Part shown: piece by piece, positions 39,232 through 49,935 of the stretch
Layout of the letters: each line of letters begins with the position of its first letter
Numbering within the stretch: position 1 is the first letter of the stretch
NCBI GenBank assembly: GCA_025603075.1
Contig: MU626260.1
Location: 62,001-126,000 of the forward strand
Direction of reading: 5' to 3'
DNA length: 64,000 nucleotides
From: Neoconidiobolus thromboides FSU 785
Lineage: Eukaryota > Fungi > Entomophthoromycota
Notes under the pieces: model-generated
The model's input: only the letters and a program-made list of their open reading frames with translations
Told to the model about the DNA's origin: nothing
The model's database searches: none
Translations under genes and position numbers: made by a program

Positions 39232-39574
39232 AAAGCTTCAAACATAATTATGCTTTACAACTATGGAATTTTATAAGTTTTGCTCTAAGATTTCTTTACA
39301 AGCAGTCGTTTGATTCGTTTTTTAGTATTAGATAGATAACTGAATGCAATGTATTGTGTTGGTAGATATAAACAAAACAAAACTTACTTTTAACCAGTAA
39401 TTTATATAAATAAAATGCTAAAAACTCCTATAAGAAATAAAATATGTAGTCAAAAACATTCCAAAATAGATCGTTTTGTATAGAAATGAAGCTGCAAAGT
39501 ATTAATATTAGTTTTTATAAAATTTCTATTTGCAATATTTATATATGTTTTGTAACTAGACTAATATGAAGTTG

Positions 39575-39580
39575 GCGGCT

Positions 39581-39624
<44 letters not shown>

Positions 39625-39647
39625 GCGTTCAATCCGCGGTGGGCGCA
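39575..39647 (+). tRNA. tRNA-Phe (GAA), intronless, G4:G69 acceptor-stem mismatch
   Basis: 73-nt cloverleaf GCGGCTA-TAGCTCAGTTGGGAGAGC-G-TCAGA CTGAAGA TCTGA-...-CCGCG TTCAATC CGCGG-TGGGCGCA. T6 Pol III terminator at 39671-39676. Confidence 0.95.
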
Positions 39648-40035
39648 GTAATAGTATTACTAAACAAAACTTTTTTCAATGTTTAAATTTAATGTCGTTA
39701 TTTTTAAAAGATTAAGATAAAATACTTTAACTTTTATATCAATTTTGCTTATCTATAATTATATGCATCAACTACAATCATAAGACATAAATTACTTATA
39801 CAATATTGAAACTATAGTCGTCAAAAGAAGTTTAAATGGAAGTAATCTGTAACAATTGTTTGTTTTTTTAAATGTCTTTAAAGCTTGAAAATATCTTAAA
39901 AATTTGATTGTTATTTAATGTAAAGTAATTAGATAAAAGCAGCTATCAATTTGAAATATTTATTTTGAATTTTATTCAATTAAATTATGCTATAAAGCAG
40001 AGAAAATTTTAAAATACCTTATAGGAAGGGAGTCC

Positions 40036-41763
40036 TTATTTTAAGTATTGTGGTTTTACTTTATCCCAAACTTCTGGGAAAGCATCGATAGCCCCATATT
40101 TTTCTCTGGCTTCACGATAATTGTTATGATCAAACATCTCTTCAAATTCATCGCGAGTCATAAAAATATCAGCATAAAGCATCTGTGCGCCTCCAAGGCT
40201 ACGAGTAAACTCTTCCATAGCCCTTACAGCTTTGGCAGCATCAAATTCTTTTCCTTTTTTAACTGCTGGTGGGATACCATAAGCTCCCAAATCAAAATAC
40301 ATTTCATATGGTGGGGTGCTACCTTCTACTACGTTCTTTGGATCACGTACAAAACCAGAGTAACCTTCTGGACGCTTGAAGAACTTGACTGGGTAGTAAA
40401 GGAGTGGGTAAATAGAGAACTCATCATCAAAGAGTTCAATGGCTTCTTTCATATGTTTAATTGGAACCATAACATCTTGAACAACATGATTATAAACGGT
40501 CTTCTTTCTGATTTCAGGGGTATGGGTAACCAACTTAAGGATTGAAACCTTAGGTGCACCTAACCACCCAAATAAATAGCGGTACCACGTGGCATTTCCA
40601 AATGGAATAAGATCTTCTAATTCCCAGAAAATACTACGGGTGTGACGATGTATATAATGGCGAAGAGGAAGATATTCATCAAATTGACCTTTATATAAGG
40701 ATGATTCAGCGTGTTTGAAGAACCATGGCTTCCAGAAATAATTAACATGATTTACCTTTCTTTTTTGTTCATTATTAGTAACATCGGCATACTCACCAAC
40801 CATAATTACACTCTTTTGGCGTGAATAGACAGTAACTTCCAAGAATTGTGGAGGATTTGTACGGCTAGTTAACTCTTGCATACGCTCAGTGGATTCTTCA
40901 AGAGTGTGACATGGAATGTAAGTCATATGCATATGGGATTTGCAAGGAATAATTTTAAGTTCAACAGAGACTAAGAAGCCTAAGGTACCATGACTCCAAG
41001 GAAGAGCATAAAACAAATCTGGATTTTCAGTGCTTGAGCATTTGACTAAAGAACCATCAGCAACGACAACTTCATATGAGACAGCAGTATCTGCGAGTGT
41101 ACCATAAATGTGAGAATTAGTTTCAATACCTATTCCCATAAGACAACCACCTACAGTAAGATCTTCCATTTCAATCATAATTGCTGGGGAATAACCAAGA
41201 GGAAGAAGATGGCGTGAAAGTTGTCCCATATTGACCAAAGGCTCACAACGGACAATCATGCGCTCCTGGTCAACTTCAAGAATATCATGTAAATCTACGT
41301 TTATCATAGTACAATCATTTTTAAAAGTAGCGGTACGTGTAGACATTGTTTGCCAAGCTGGGCGAGCAGTGCACATTTTATTTGGACGACCTTTAGCATT
41401 CCATTCCTTTACTTGTCTCTGAACTTCAGCAACCCTTTCATTATGTAAAAGAGGAGCAGCTAAAAAGATTTGAACGTACCAATCACGGGCTGCATAAATG
41501 ATATCCCAAACAAATGATAAAGGTAAAGCAATAGCAACAACGAAAAAGGTATGATTTTCGGTAGCGAAATCAATAAATCTAGTATATAAACTAGTTTTAC
41601 GGAAAAAAGCGAAAAAAGCAGAAATAAAAGAAAGTGGTACTGCTAAAGTTAATCTTACTGGTAATAAAAGTAACCACACCAAAGAGATACCAACCATCAA
41701 TACTGAGTGGACATAATGTGACAGCGGGACTTTCCTACTATTTAATAACTTACTTGAAGCCAT
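40036..41763 (-). CDS. DHCR24: Delta(24)-sterol reductase, DHCR24/DIMINUTO family FAD oxidoreductase
   Basis: MCTARPAWQTMS, EPLVNMGQL, EMEDLTVGGCLMGIGIETNSHIYG, LFYALPWSHGTLGFL, RHYIHRHTRSIFWE, AFPEVWDKV. N-terminal hydrophobic segments. Confidence 0.92.
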   Translation of the reverse strand: MASSKLLNSRKVPLSHYVHSVLMVGISLVWLLLLPVRLTLAVPLSFISAFFAFFRKTSLYTRFIDFATENHTFFVVAIALPLSFVWDIIYAARDWYVQIFLAAPLLHNERVAEVQRQVKEWNAKGRPNKMCTARPAWQTMSTRTATFKNDCTMINVDLHDILEVDQERMIVRCEPLVNMGQLSRHLLPLGYSPAIMIEMEDLTVGGCLMGIGIETNSHIYGTLADTAVSYEVVVADGSLVKCSSTENPDLFYALPWSHGTLGFLVSVELKIIPCKSHMHMTYIPCHTLEESTERMQELTSRTNPPQFLEVTVYSRQKSVIMVGEYADVTNNEQKRKVNHVNYFWKPWFFKHAESSLYKGQFDEYLPLRHYIHRHTRSIFWELEDLIPFGNATWYRYLFGWLGAPKVSILKLVTHTPEIRKKTVYNHVVQDVMVPIKHMKEAIELFDDEFSIYPLLYYPVKFFKRPEGYSGFVRDPKNVVEGSTPPYEMYFDLGAYGIPPAVKKGKEFDAAKAVRAMEEFTRSLGGAQMLYADIFMTRDEFEEMFDHNNYREAREKYGAIDAFPEVWDKVKPQYLK

Positions 41764-43108
41764 ATGGATTAAAAATAATTATTAATCTTCAAAAAAAAGA
41801 TAAAACGATAAAATGAGTTATCGTCATCTCAAGAGCTTATATACCTAGTCCCCCTTAAATTAAATTTGCTACTAAATGACGTTGATTTTATAGTTTGTCT
41901 ATATTTAGAAAGTCACTTCAATCTGGGATTTAATGGATAATTCAATTAAAAATGAAAGATTTATAATGATCGTTTTCTGTTAAGGGAGATTTTCTATTTA
42001 AGGAAGATTTCGGGTCATAAAATATACAAGGGATATAGCAAGTTATCTATTGTGTGAATGGGTAATTTAAAGGATTTGCTAGCCTATTTTATGGAATTTT
42101 GATGAATTTTCAGTATACAAAGATAATCATATTTAACAGCTAGTTTATTTTATTACATATTAAAATAATACACCAGAAGTATCAATTAATCATAGTTTTT
42201 CAAAAATCAAATGTTAATTTTAGAAGCGAACTTTGATAAAATCATTACATTTTATTTTTATTTAGTTAAATTTAAACTTAAGAATAATTAGGAATTGCTC
42301 TTCCTAAATTATTTCATTTGGTTTTTTTCCTTTTTCCTTGTCGGTAATCATTAGTACTATATTTGGCGGTTTTCTAATTGGGCCTTACTTTTTATATGTT
42401 TTTGATTATTAATCTAATGAATGATTATAAACATTTACACAATTTAAGCGAACTCTGTACCAGGTATTGAATTCATTTGAGGAAGTCATAATTAACTTTA
42501 AAGTTTATTAACTTGGTTGACTGGATTTCAAGCCATTGAGATAAAAATCGTGATTTTCTTGACATTTGTTAGAATTTCAACCTGTTTGCTTAGATTAGCC
42601 GATTTTCGCTGTATAGAATAACACTTTATCCTTAAAATCATAATACTAATTATAAATTCTAATATATGAAAATAGAATATTTTCAAGAATTTAGCGTTAT
42701 AAAAAAGACTTGACTTAAATTTCGTTTTAATGAAATAAGGAGTGGGTAAACTCTAATGATGTCAGTCTTTAAAGTTATATACATAAATATCATCTTTATA
42801 TTTAAGATTTTGACATATATGTTTATAGGAATTAGATCCTCAAAATAAATAAAAAGCAGCTTAGAGATTCTAAGCTAGGAATCTAACTATAAGTGTTGTT
42901 AAAAGTTGATAGCGATCATTAAAATTAGACTATTTGTTTTGGTTATATTTGATAACATACTTTTTCAAGGTTTGTTGAGTAAAGAATATGCTGATTTTGA
43001 TAGATTTCATTCAAGTTGTTCCTTCATTTAGAATTTTGGTAAATACTGTTAAAAAAAGCTATGGAACTATAGTTTATAAAAATATTTAATATAACAATTT
43101 CAAAAAAA

Positions 43109-43218
43109 ATATGGGAACATTTTTGATTTCATTGCCTTTTCCATTTTTTAAGCACTATTTCTATTTTAGCAGAAAGGTCGTTAATAAAATTGTTAAGCAA
43201 AAAAATACATCTCTATAT
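43109..43218 (+). mobile_element. MITE-like repeat, copy 5
   Basis: ATATGGGAACATTTTTG...TTAAGCACTATTT...TCGTTAAT...ACATCTCTATAT. Confidence 0.75.
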
Positions 43219-43494
43219 GGTGAGATTATGTATAGGATGCTTAAACTTGTTTTATTTTTAAATATTTACATAAAATTTAATATACTTTATAGTACATATA
43301 TTATTAAATTATTCTCAGCTATAAACAAAGGAGGTATATTTAAATAAAGCAATTGATTTTAATACACAAAAAACTCTTCTTTACTCTACTGAGATTTCTA
43401 AATTCATAATTTTTAATTGTTGAGCCTTATAATCATTTGACTCGGAAATTTAAAGTTAAAAATATATAAGCGAATTTTTTTTAAATACTTTTTT

Positions 43495-43795
43495 ATGACG
43501 AAAAATAAACCGAATGAAAGTAGTATTAATTTAACTATTAAAGCCATTGAAAAAAGGCCAAAATTAAGTATCAAAGCTGCTACTTCAATAATTTGCGTTA
43601 GCTACTTTACATGAGGTTGTAAATTAGGAGGGAAACTTTAAGACTGAATATCATCGATTTTACCCAAACATTTAACAAAATTAAAAAAGAAAGTAATTGT
43701 TGAATATATAAATTGATTTAAGCTTGAAGCGATTTCCTTCTAAACACTCTAATATAAAAGAAATAACCAACTTCTTGGTTAACTTAACTTATATT
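43495..43795 (+). pseudogene. Decayed pogo/Fot1-type (Tc1-mariner) transposase N-terminus (HTH_psq + CENP-B-like HTH)
   Basis: With stops and frameshifts it reads MTKNKPNESSINLTIKAIEKRPKLSIKAA...VSY...LTKLKKKVIVEYI...RFPSKHSNIKEITNFL. This parallels the recalled Fot1/Pot pattern EARI.LAL.AL...PKLS.R.AA..Y.V...KL...EE..IV..I.DL..RGFP....V.EMAN.L. Confidence 0.65.
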
Positions 43796-43864
43796 CAGTT
43801 GGTAATTGTTGAGCTATTAGCTTTATAAAAAGCAGCTTAAGCTTTGAAGTTGTATTAATAATAC

Positions 43865-43973
43865 ATATGGGAATATATTTTTCGTTCAAAACTTTTACTA
43901 ATAATTTTTCCACTCCAAGTAGCGCTTAAAAAAATAGAAAAAGTGATCAAATTAAAAGAAAACATCTCCATAT
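43865..43973 (-). mobile_element. MITE-like repeat, copy 6
   Basis: ATATGGGAATATATTTT...TTTTTCCACTCCAAGTAGCGCTTAAAA...AACATCTCCATAT. Confidence 0.8.
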
Positions 43974-44028
43974 GAATATAAACGATATAAAAATAAAAAT
44001 ACAAAGGAAACATTAAACTGGTTTGAAT

Positions 44029-44133
44029 ATATGGGGATGTGTTTTTGTATTTAAGAATTTTACTAACAATTTTTCCACTCAAATAGTGCTTAAAAAATCG
44101 AAAAAATAATGAAGTCAAAAAACACTCCCATGT
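44029..44133 (-). mobile_element. MITE-like repeat, copy 7
   Basis: ATATGGGGATGTGTTTTTG...TTTTTCCACTCAAATAGTGCTTAAAA...AAAAAACACTCCCATGT. Confidence 0.85.
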
Positions 44134-44483
44134 GTTTTACACAATAAATATAGTATTAATAGTAAAGACATTTATATTTTTGATAAAAATAAATTTATAT
44201 TTGGTAAAATTTCTTTAAAAATGATAATAACAAGTTTCAATAATTTAAAAAGCCTATTATAGTAAAACGAGATAATAGATAATAAGCTACTTTTATATAG
44301 GGTATTAACTTACAAAGATAGGTAATCCATCTTTTTTTACCGTAGTTGATATGTAAAATTCTCAATAAAGGATTTATATACTTTAATATTAAAGCTGGGT
44401 TTAAAAAAGCCAGGTCTTACTTTTTAAAACCTAACACCATAATTTTAAAATTAAAAATTAAAATACTATCTTTGAAAAATAAT

Positions 44484-44590
44484 ATATGGAGATGTTTTTT
44501 TTGGCATCATCACTCTTTCTATCTTTTAAACACTATTTGAGTGGAAAAATCATTAGTGAAATTTTCTAATAAAAAAATATATCCCCATAC
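44484..44590 (+). mobile_element. MITE-like repeat, copy 8
   Basis: ATATGGAGATGTTTTT...AAACACTATTTGAGTGGAAAAATCATTAG...ATATCCCCATAC. Confidence 0.85.
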
Positions 44591-45278
44591 ATCAATCTGA
44601 ATAATACAGATCTTAGCCTTTAAGATACTTTTAAAATATTTAAAAATACGCAAAACTCACAATTTGTGACACCTCATTTTCCACCTACAATCATAACTTA
44701 TTCTTTTAAAAAGCTACCATTTCTTTATCTTTGATGGTGTCCGCCTTTCTTAATAATTTCAACTACCCTATTATAGATAAACTCGATTCATTCCTTGAAG
44801 TTTATCCACCGATTGAATGTGCATTGCCATATAATCTTTTCTTCCATTGTATAACGTTTTTATTAATGAAAACATTTGTAACAAAAATAAATATTGGTGA
44901 AAAATATGGCTAAATTGCACTCCAAGGTTCAATATCTTACTGATATCGGTTAATTGTAAAAATGGTAAATCAAGCATTTGTATTAACACAATCAAGGGTA
45001 TATTTTATATTAAAGAAATTGGGTGAGTTTATAAAAGTTTGTATTGCTCGGAAAGTAGAAATTTTTTGAAATAAAAACACATCCTTTACGCTGTTTTTTT
45101 CTTAGTGTTCCTTTTAGTTTGCAAATTTTGCTAGTTTAAATTTGTATCAAAACTGGACAAAAGTTATCATGACTTTATATTTAACTTACACTCATCCATA
45201 TTTTAATTATTTTTTATTTTATTTTATTTTATCTTTTATTTAACAGGTTAAACTTGTACTTTTTCTGTTTTAATACAC

Positions 45279-45384
45279 ATATGGGGATGTTTTTTTTGGC
45301 TTCATTACTTTTCCATTTTTCAAGCACTATTTGAGTGAAAAAATTGTTAGTAAAATTCTTAAATACAAAAATATATCTCCATAT
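45279..45384 (+). mobile_element. MITE-like repeat, copy 9
   Basis: ATATGGGGATGTTTTT...CAAGCACTATTTGAGTGAAAAAATTGTTAG...ATATCTCCATAT. Confidence 0.85.
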
Positions 45385-45927
45385 TTAATTTTAAAAAACG
45401 CCAAATTCTATAAATTAGTAACAAGAAAAACTGTTCTAAAGATATTTTGTATTTTGCATTACTTTCTACTTCAATAATAAAGTGATTCTAGACAAACACC
45501 AAATTAATCTATATTGTTTTTTAATAAAATAAACAATATCAAAACTTACTTGAATATGGGTTTTGTTGAAATTTTTTATTTTGAAAGATAGACTATAAAT
45601 AGTCAAATTTAAATACAAAATGCCAGTTAAATTTGCTAAATTTTAGACTTAAAATATTTTGAAAAAAATAAAAATGGCTATTATGCGTTAAATATGGAAC
45701 AAAAGGGAGAGCACCATTTCATAATTCTCGATTTTCGAAAGTTCAATGTGTCAAATATAGATAATAAACGAAGAGTTTTTCAATTGGTGGCATTTATACT
45801 TGTATGATAATTATACACAAGTTAATAGAGACAAAAGTATATAAACAAAACAAATCGATTTTGAAATAAATTAGCATATTTAATTTAACAATCAAAAATC
45901 AGGAGTACAAAATCAGGAAATTTGAGG

Positions 45928-48924
45928 ATGAAAATTAATGTTTCTAAAGACAATGTATTCAACTTAACTAGAAGATATATATCTATAATAACTTTTATAC
46001 TAGCAGTCATTGTTTATATAGCAGCGTTTCAGATAGTAATTGATATCTTAATATTTTCCGAAAAATCACCAAGTCATTGGAAAGAATGGCAACGCAATTT
46101 TTTAAATAATAGCATAAGTATACCCTCAATTGAAACTGAAGATAATGTATATAGGTATAAATATAATTTTGAAGAGTTAAAAAAGGATAATGAATTCAAT
46201 ACCGATTTTGCCTATTCTCATTTATTAAGATTTGGTACTAAAGTACACACTTATAATACGGATGAAATCAAAAATGTAGAAAGTTATATTATTTCTTATA
46301 TTGAAGCTTTACAACAATTATCCATTAAATTATATGAAAAAAATATAATTGAATATGATTTTGACCGTAGAACTAATATGTTAGGTGAGAGGGCGGTGGG
46401 TAAAAGCGCGTTTCGTAGTGGTAATCAAAGCATTTATTTTGAAGCAAGTAACATTTTAGTAAGAATTCATCCACTTTCATTCACTTTGTCAAATGATAAT
46501 AATAATAATAATAATAATACTATTAAAAGTTATAATAAACCAGCCTTACTTTTTTCAGCTCATCATGATTCTCAATCAACTAGTCATGGAGCAAGTGACA
46601 ATGGTATGTCGGTAGCAACTTTATTAGAATCCTTAAGATTAAGTATATTGAATCCTCCAAAGACAGTTGATTTCATTTATAACTTTAATTCAGCTGAAGA
46701 GAAAGGATTATTTGGATCAAAATCTTTTTTATTACATGAATGGAAAAAAGATGTTAAAGGATTTATAAACTTAGAAGCTTCAGGTAGTGGAAATCGAGGC
46801 ATGCTATTTCAATCATCAAGTAATATAATTAATAAAGCATTTTCAAAATCGCCTCATCCACATAGTTCTGTTATTGGTTTTACCGCTTTTAAATTAAGAA
46901 TCATTAGTTCGAATACCGATTTTCAAATTTATAATGCTGCTAATATTCCGGGTGTTGACTTTGCTATTTATTCTAATAGAGCCGTTTATCATACTTATAA
47001 AGATGACATTTCGAGAATTTATCTTAAATCTCTTAAAGTTTTTGGGGAATCAGTATGTTCAGCAATCAATACTTTAGGAAATTCAAATGAAATTGAACAA
47101 TTAAGTGAACCGGAAGATGGTGGTGTATTCTTTGATGTATTTGGTTATTTTTCAGAAGTATTTACATTTAATTCCTATGTTATAATTTCTTTAGTTATAT
47201 TGATTTTACAATTTATTTCAATGTCACTTATTATAATAAAAACTATTTATTATAATAAAAATAAGAACAAAAATAAATTATCAAGGACTATAAGATTAAC
47301 AATCTTCCCAATTCTTCGTGGTTTTTTGGCTATTATTGTAGCTATTCTACTCTATGCTGCTTTAACAATAATATCTAATTATTTTTGGATTAGTGGTCAA
47401 GGTATGGCAGCGCATAGTTTTTCAGATTATGTATTTGCATCTTATACTTTCCTTGGGTTAGTGTGTTTAAGTATAACTATTTATTTATGGTCATGGTATG
47501 AAAACAAGAAACAATTTGAATTAATTGAACCCATTTTGATTCAATCAAGTAGCTTATTTTGGTTGTTATTTAATTTAATTAATATTGTATTATTATTTAA
47601 AAAGTTAGGTCCATTATATTTTATCAATATTCTATCAGTATTAAATTTTATCTATACAACAATACATGGTTTATTATTTAAATATAATTATCCAACTTCA
47701 AGTGTTATTGATCATAAACAAAGTGATATTAAATTAATTAATAGTAATGGTAATGGTAATATTAATAGCAACACTAACAGTAACAGTAATACTAATGTTA
47801 GTATTAATTATAATACCTCTAATGAAGTTACTAGCAATGATATTACCTTTAGTAATGATACCTCCAATGATATTCTTTCCAAAGATATTAACATTAATAA
47901 TGATAATGTTTCAAATAATAATAGATATAGTCAATATTTCAGTGTATTTAGTTCAGTCTTGTTGTTCATAACTGTAATCTTATCAAATTTAATTTACCAA
48001 GAAATAGTAATTGTAGTATTTGCAGGTTTAACACAAACAATACCAACTGGTACACAAAAAGGACTAATTTATTATTTAATTTCTATATTTGGAGCTATTT
48101 CCTCATTAATTTCTATCAATTTAATCCCTAAACTAATTCGAAAGATACCAGTTAAAATGATTATTAGTTTTTTTGTTATATGGGTTATTGTTTCAATATC
48201 AGTTTATTTCAGTTTTCCATTAAGCGATAGAGCACCCTTAGTATTTCATTTTGGTCAAAATAAATGTATTTCAAAAGACATTGGTTGTCAATTAATGAAA
48301 CAAAATTTAGATGTATTTGTTTCTGGAGACGATGATAATTCATATGCTTCGATCACCGCTCCTTCTTATTTAAAAGAGGTTCGTGATAGTATACCATCAG
48401 CAAGAAATAGTCAATTAGCTGCTATTGAGCCAATTGGTGATCAATTTGTTTATCGTTATTCGGCTCCTGAACCTGAATTTCCAATAGAAGAGTCTAAACT
48501 TATTAGTGTTACTTTAAAAGAGAGTACATCTAGTAGTAAGGATTATAAACTCAAAGTTCAATTGAATGGTTATAGAAGTAATGTATGTGTCTTAAGTTTT
48601 TACAAACAAAATGTCAAAAATGTAGTTATTAAAACAATTAATTCAAATAATACAAATGAGGAGTTAGCCATTAAAGAATATAATCAAAATGAAATTTTTT
48701 TGATGAGAAGAGATTATAATTATCCGTTTGAAATATCTTTTGATTATACAAAAGATAATAATGCTTCAAATTCAATCAAATTAGGCTTTGTTTGTTCTTA
48801 TGATGACCCTAAGTTCATTCCTGCTATTCAGGAAATCAATCAAAATACACCTAGCTGGTTTACAGTCTCTACTACCCGATATAGTATTTTATATCTTTTT
48901 AAAGATGTTATCTTGGAACTTTGA
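45928..48924 (+). CDS. PFF1: M28-family multi-pass membrane metallopeptidase (Pff1/ERMP1-like)
   Basis: Zn-ligand motifs SAHHDS, GASDNG, FNSAEEKGLFGS, FINLEASG, YHTYKDD, followed by multiple TM helices with an Asn-rich loop. Intronless. Confidence 0.88.
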   Translation: MKINVSKDNVFNLTRRYISIITFILAVIVYIAAFQIVIDILIFSEKSPSHWKEWQRNFLNNSISIPSIETEDNVYRYKYNFEELKKDNEFNTDFAYSHLLRFGTKVHTYNTDEIKNVESYIISYIEALQQLSIKLYEKNIIEYDFDRRTNMLGERAVGKSAFRSGNQSIYFEASNILVRIHPLSFTLSNDNNNNNNNTIKSYNKPALLFSAHHDSQSTSHGASDNGMSVATLLESLRLSILNPPKTVDFIYNFNSAEEKGLFGSKSFLLHEWKKDVKGFINLEASGSGNRGMLFQSSSNIINKAFSKSPHPHSSVIGFTAFKLRIISSNTDFQIYNAANIPGVDFAIYSNRAVYHTYKDDISRIYLKSLKVFGESVCSAINTLGNSNEIEQLSEPEDGGVFFDVFGYFSEVFTFNSYVIISLVILILQFISMSLIIIKTIYYNKNKNKNKLSRTIRLTIFPILRGFLAIIVAILLYAALTIISNYFWISGQGMAAHSFSDYVFASYTFLGLVCLSITIYLWSWYENKKQFELIEPILIQSSSLFWLLFNLINIVLLFKKLGPLYFINILSVLNFIYTTIHGLLFKYNYPTSSVIDHKQSDIKLINSNGNGNINSNTNSNSNTNVSINYNTSNEVTSNDITFSNDTSNDILSKDININNDNVSNNNRYSQYFSVFSSVLLFITVILSNLIYQEIVIVVFAGLTQTIPTGTQKGLIYYLISIFGAISSLISINLIPKLIRKIPVKMIISFFVIWVIVSISVYFSFPLSDRAPLVFHFGQNKCISKDIGCQLMKQNLDVFVSGDDDNSYASITAPSYLKEVRDSIPSARNSQLAAIEPIGDQFVYRYSAPEPEFPIEESKLISVTLKESTSSSKDYKLKVQLNGYRSNVCVLSFYKQNVKNVVIKTINSNNTNEELAIKEYNQNEIFLMRRDYNYPFEISFDYTKDNNASNSIKLGFVCSYDDPKFIPAIQEINQNTPSWFTVSTTRYSILYLFKDVILEL

Positions 48925-49261
48925 TCGTTTTCTTTAATATTAAACTAAACTAAAATAAACTAAAATAATAATTGATAATAGAAAATGATATTTTTTTATT
49001 AATTGGATCATATATTAAGTAATTTACTATAAAAACACTTATAACTACTTCTTATAAGATCCCCTTTTAAAAATCAGATTAATATCATAAAAGGTAGTAT
49101 AAAGAAGTCAAGAATCCATTTTTTAAGATTTTATAGCTTTTCTCAAATTGTTTTAATCTCAAGAAGAGAAAATAAAACTTCTTTACTGAGAAAGACTTCC
49201 GCTCTAAGATATACAATACGCCTGTGTATAAGTTGGACTTAATTAAGGTTCAGATACTACC

Positions 49262-49366
49262 TTATGGGAGTGTTTTTTTTGACTTCATTATGTTTTTCAT
49301 TTTTAAGCGCTATTTAAACGGAAAAATTGTTAGCAAAATTGTTAGACACAAAGTACATCCTCATAT
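49262..49366 (+). mobile_element. MITE-like repeat, copy 10
   Basis: TTATGGGAGTGTTTTT...TTTTAAGCGCTATTTAAACGGAAAAATTGTTAG...ACATCCTCATAT. Confidence 0.85.
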
Positions 49367-49513
49367 GCTTATTAGGAAATTAGGAATATTTGCTTATAAA
49401 TAACTTATTTTAGACTATATATTTAAAGTCTACAAATCTCCGAGTTAAATCAGAAATAGGGACTAAAGAATAGTTTTAAAGCACTAAAAAAGATCTCATA
49501 GCAAAATTTAAAG

Positions 49514-49606
49514 ATATGGGAATGTTTTTTTAATTTCATCACTTTTTCCATTTTTTAAGCGCTATTTAAGTGGAAAAATTGTTAGTAAGATTGTTAAGCA
49601 AAAAAT
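49514..49606 (+). mobile_element. MITE-like repeat, copy 11 (3'-truncated)
   Basis: ATATGGGAATGTTTTT...TTTTAAGCGCTATTTAAGTGGAAAAATTGTTAG... The right TIR is missing. Confidence 0.8.
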
Positions 49607-49935
49607 AAAAGTTACTGAAGAGGAAGAAAGCTAAAAGTTGATGATTCTCATTCCTATCTTTATAATGTGTCCTCAATATAGTCATAGTCAATAAACTTTT
49701 TTATATAAGTAATTTTTAAACCATATTTAAAAGCACGTTTCAACCCTTTCTATAAGTGTTTGGGCTATTTTTAAAGCAACCAATAAATCTAACACAAATT
49801 ATTAAATTGCATTTTGATTACCTGTTTAAAAATTAGCATTTTGTTTGAGTTAACTAAAAATGGTATTAAGGATAAAGTATAAAAGACATCTAAATGTTAA
49901 TTTGGTATTTTTTTAAGATAAATAAATATACAAAA

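Noticed and set aside
11972-41885. Shared TGACGT (CRE-like) and AAATTAGC motifs upstream of several genes
   Set aside because: The counts are within rough chance expectation for this base composition.
43865-44133. Adjacent repeats read as a CRISPR-like or tandem array
   Set aside because: The units are ~105 bp with TIRs, irregularly spaced, in both orientations, in a eukaryotic context with no cas genes. A MITE explains them.
43111-44540. Track ORFs 43111-43347, 43855-44118 and 44346-44540
   Set aside because: They are translations through MITE copies and AT-rich DNA (F/K/I/Y-rich), not genes.
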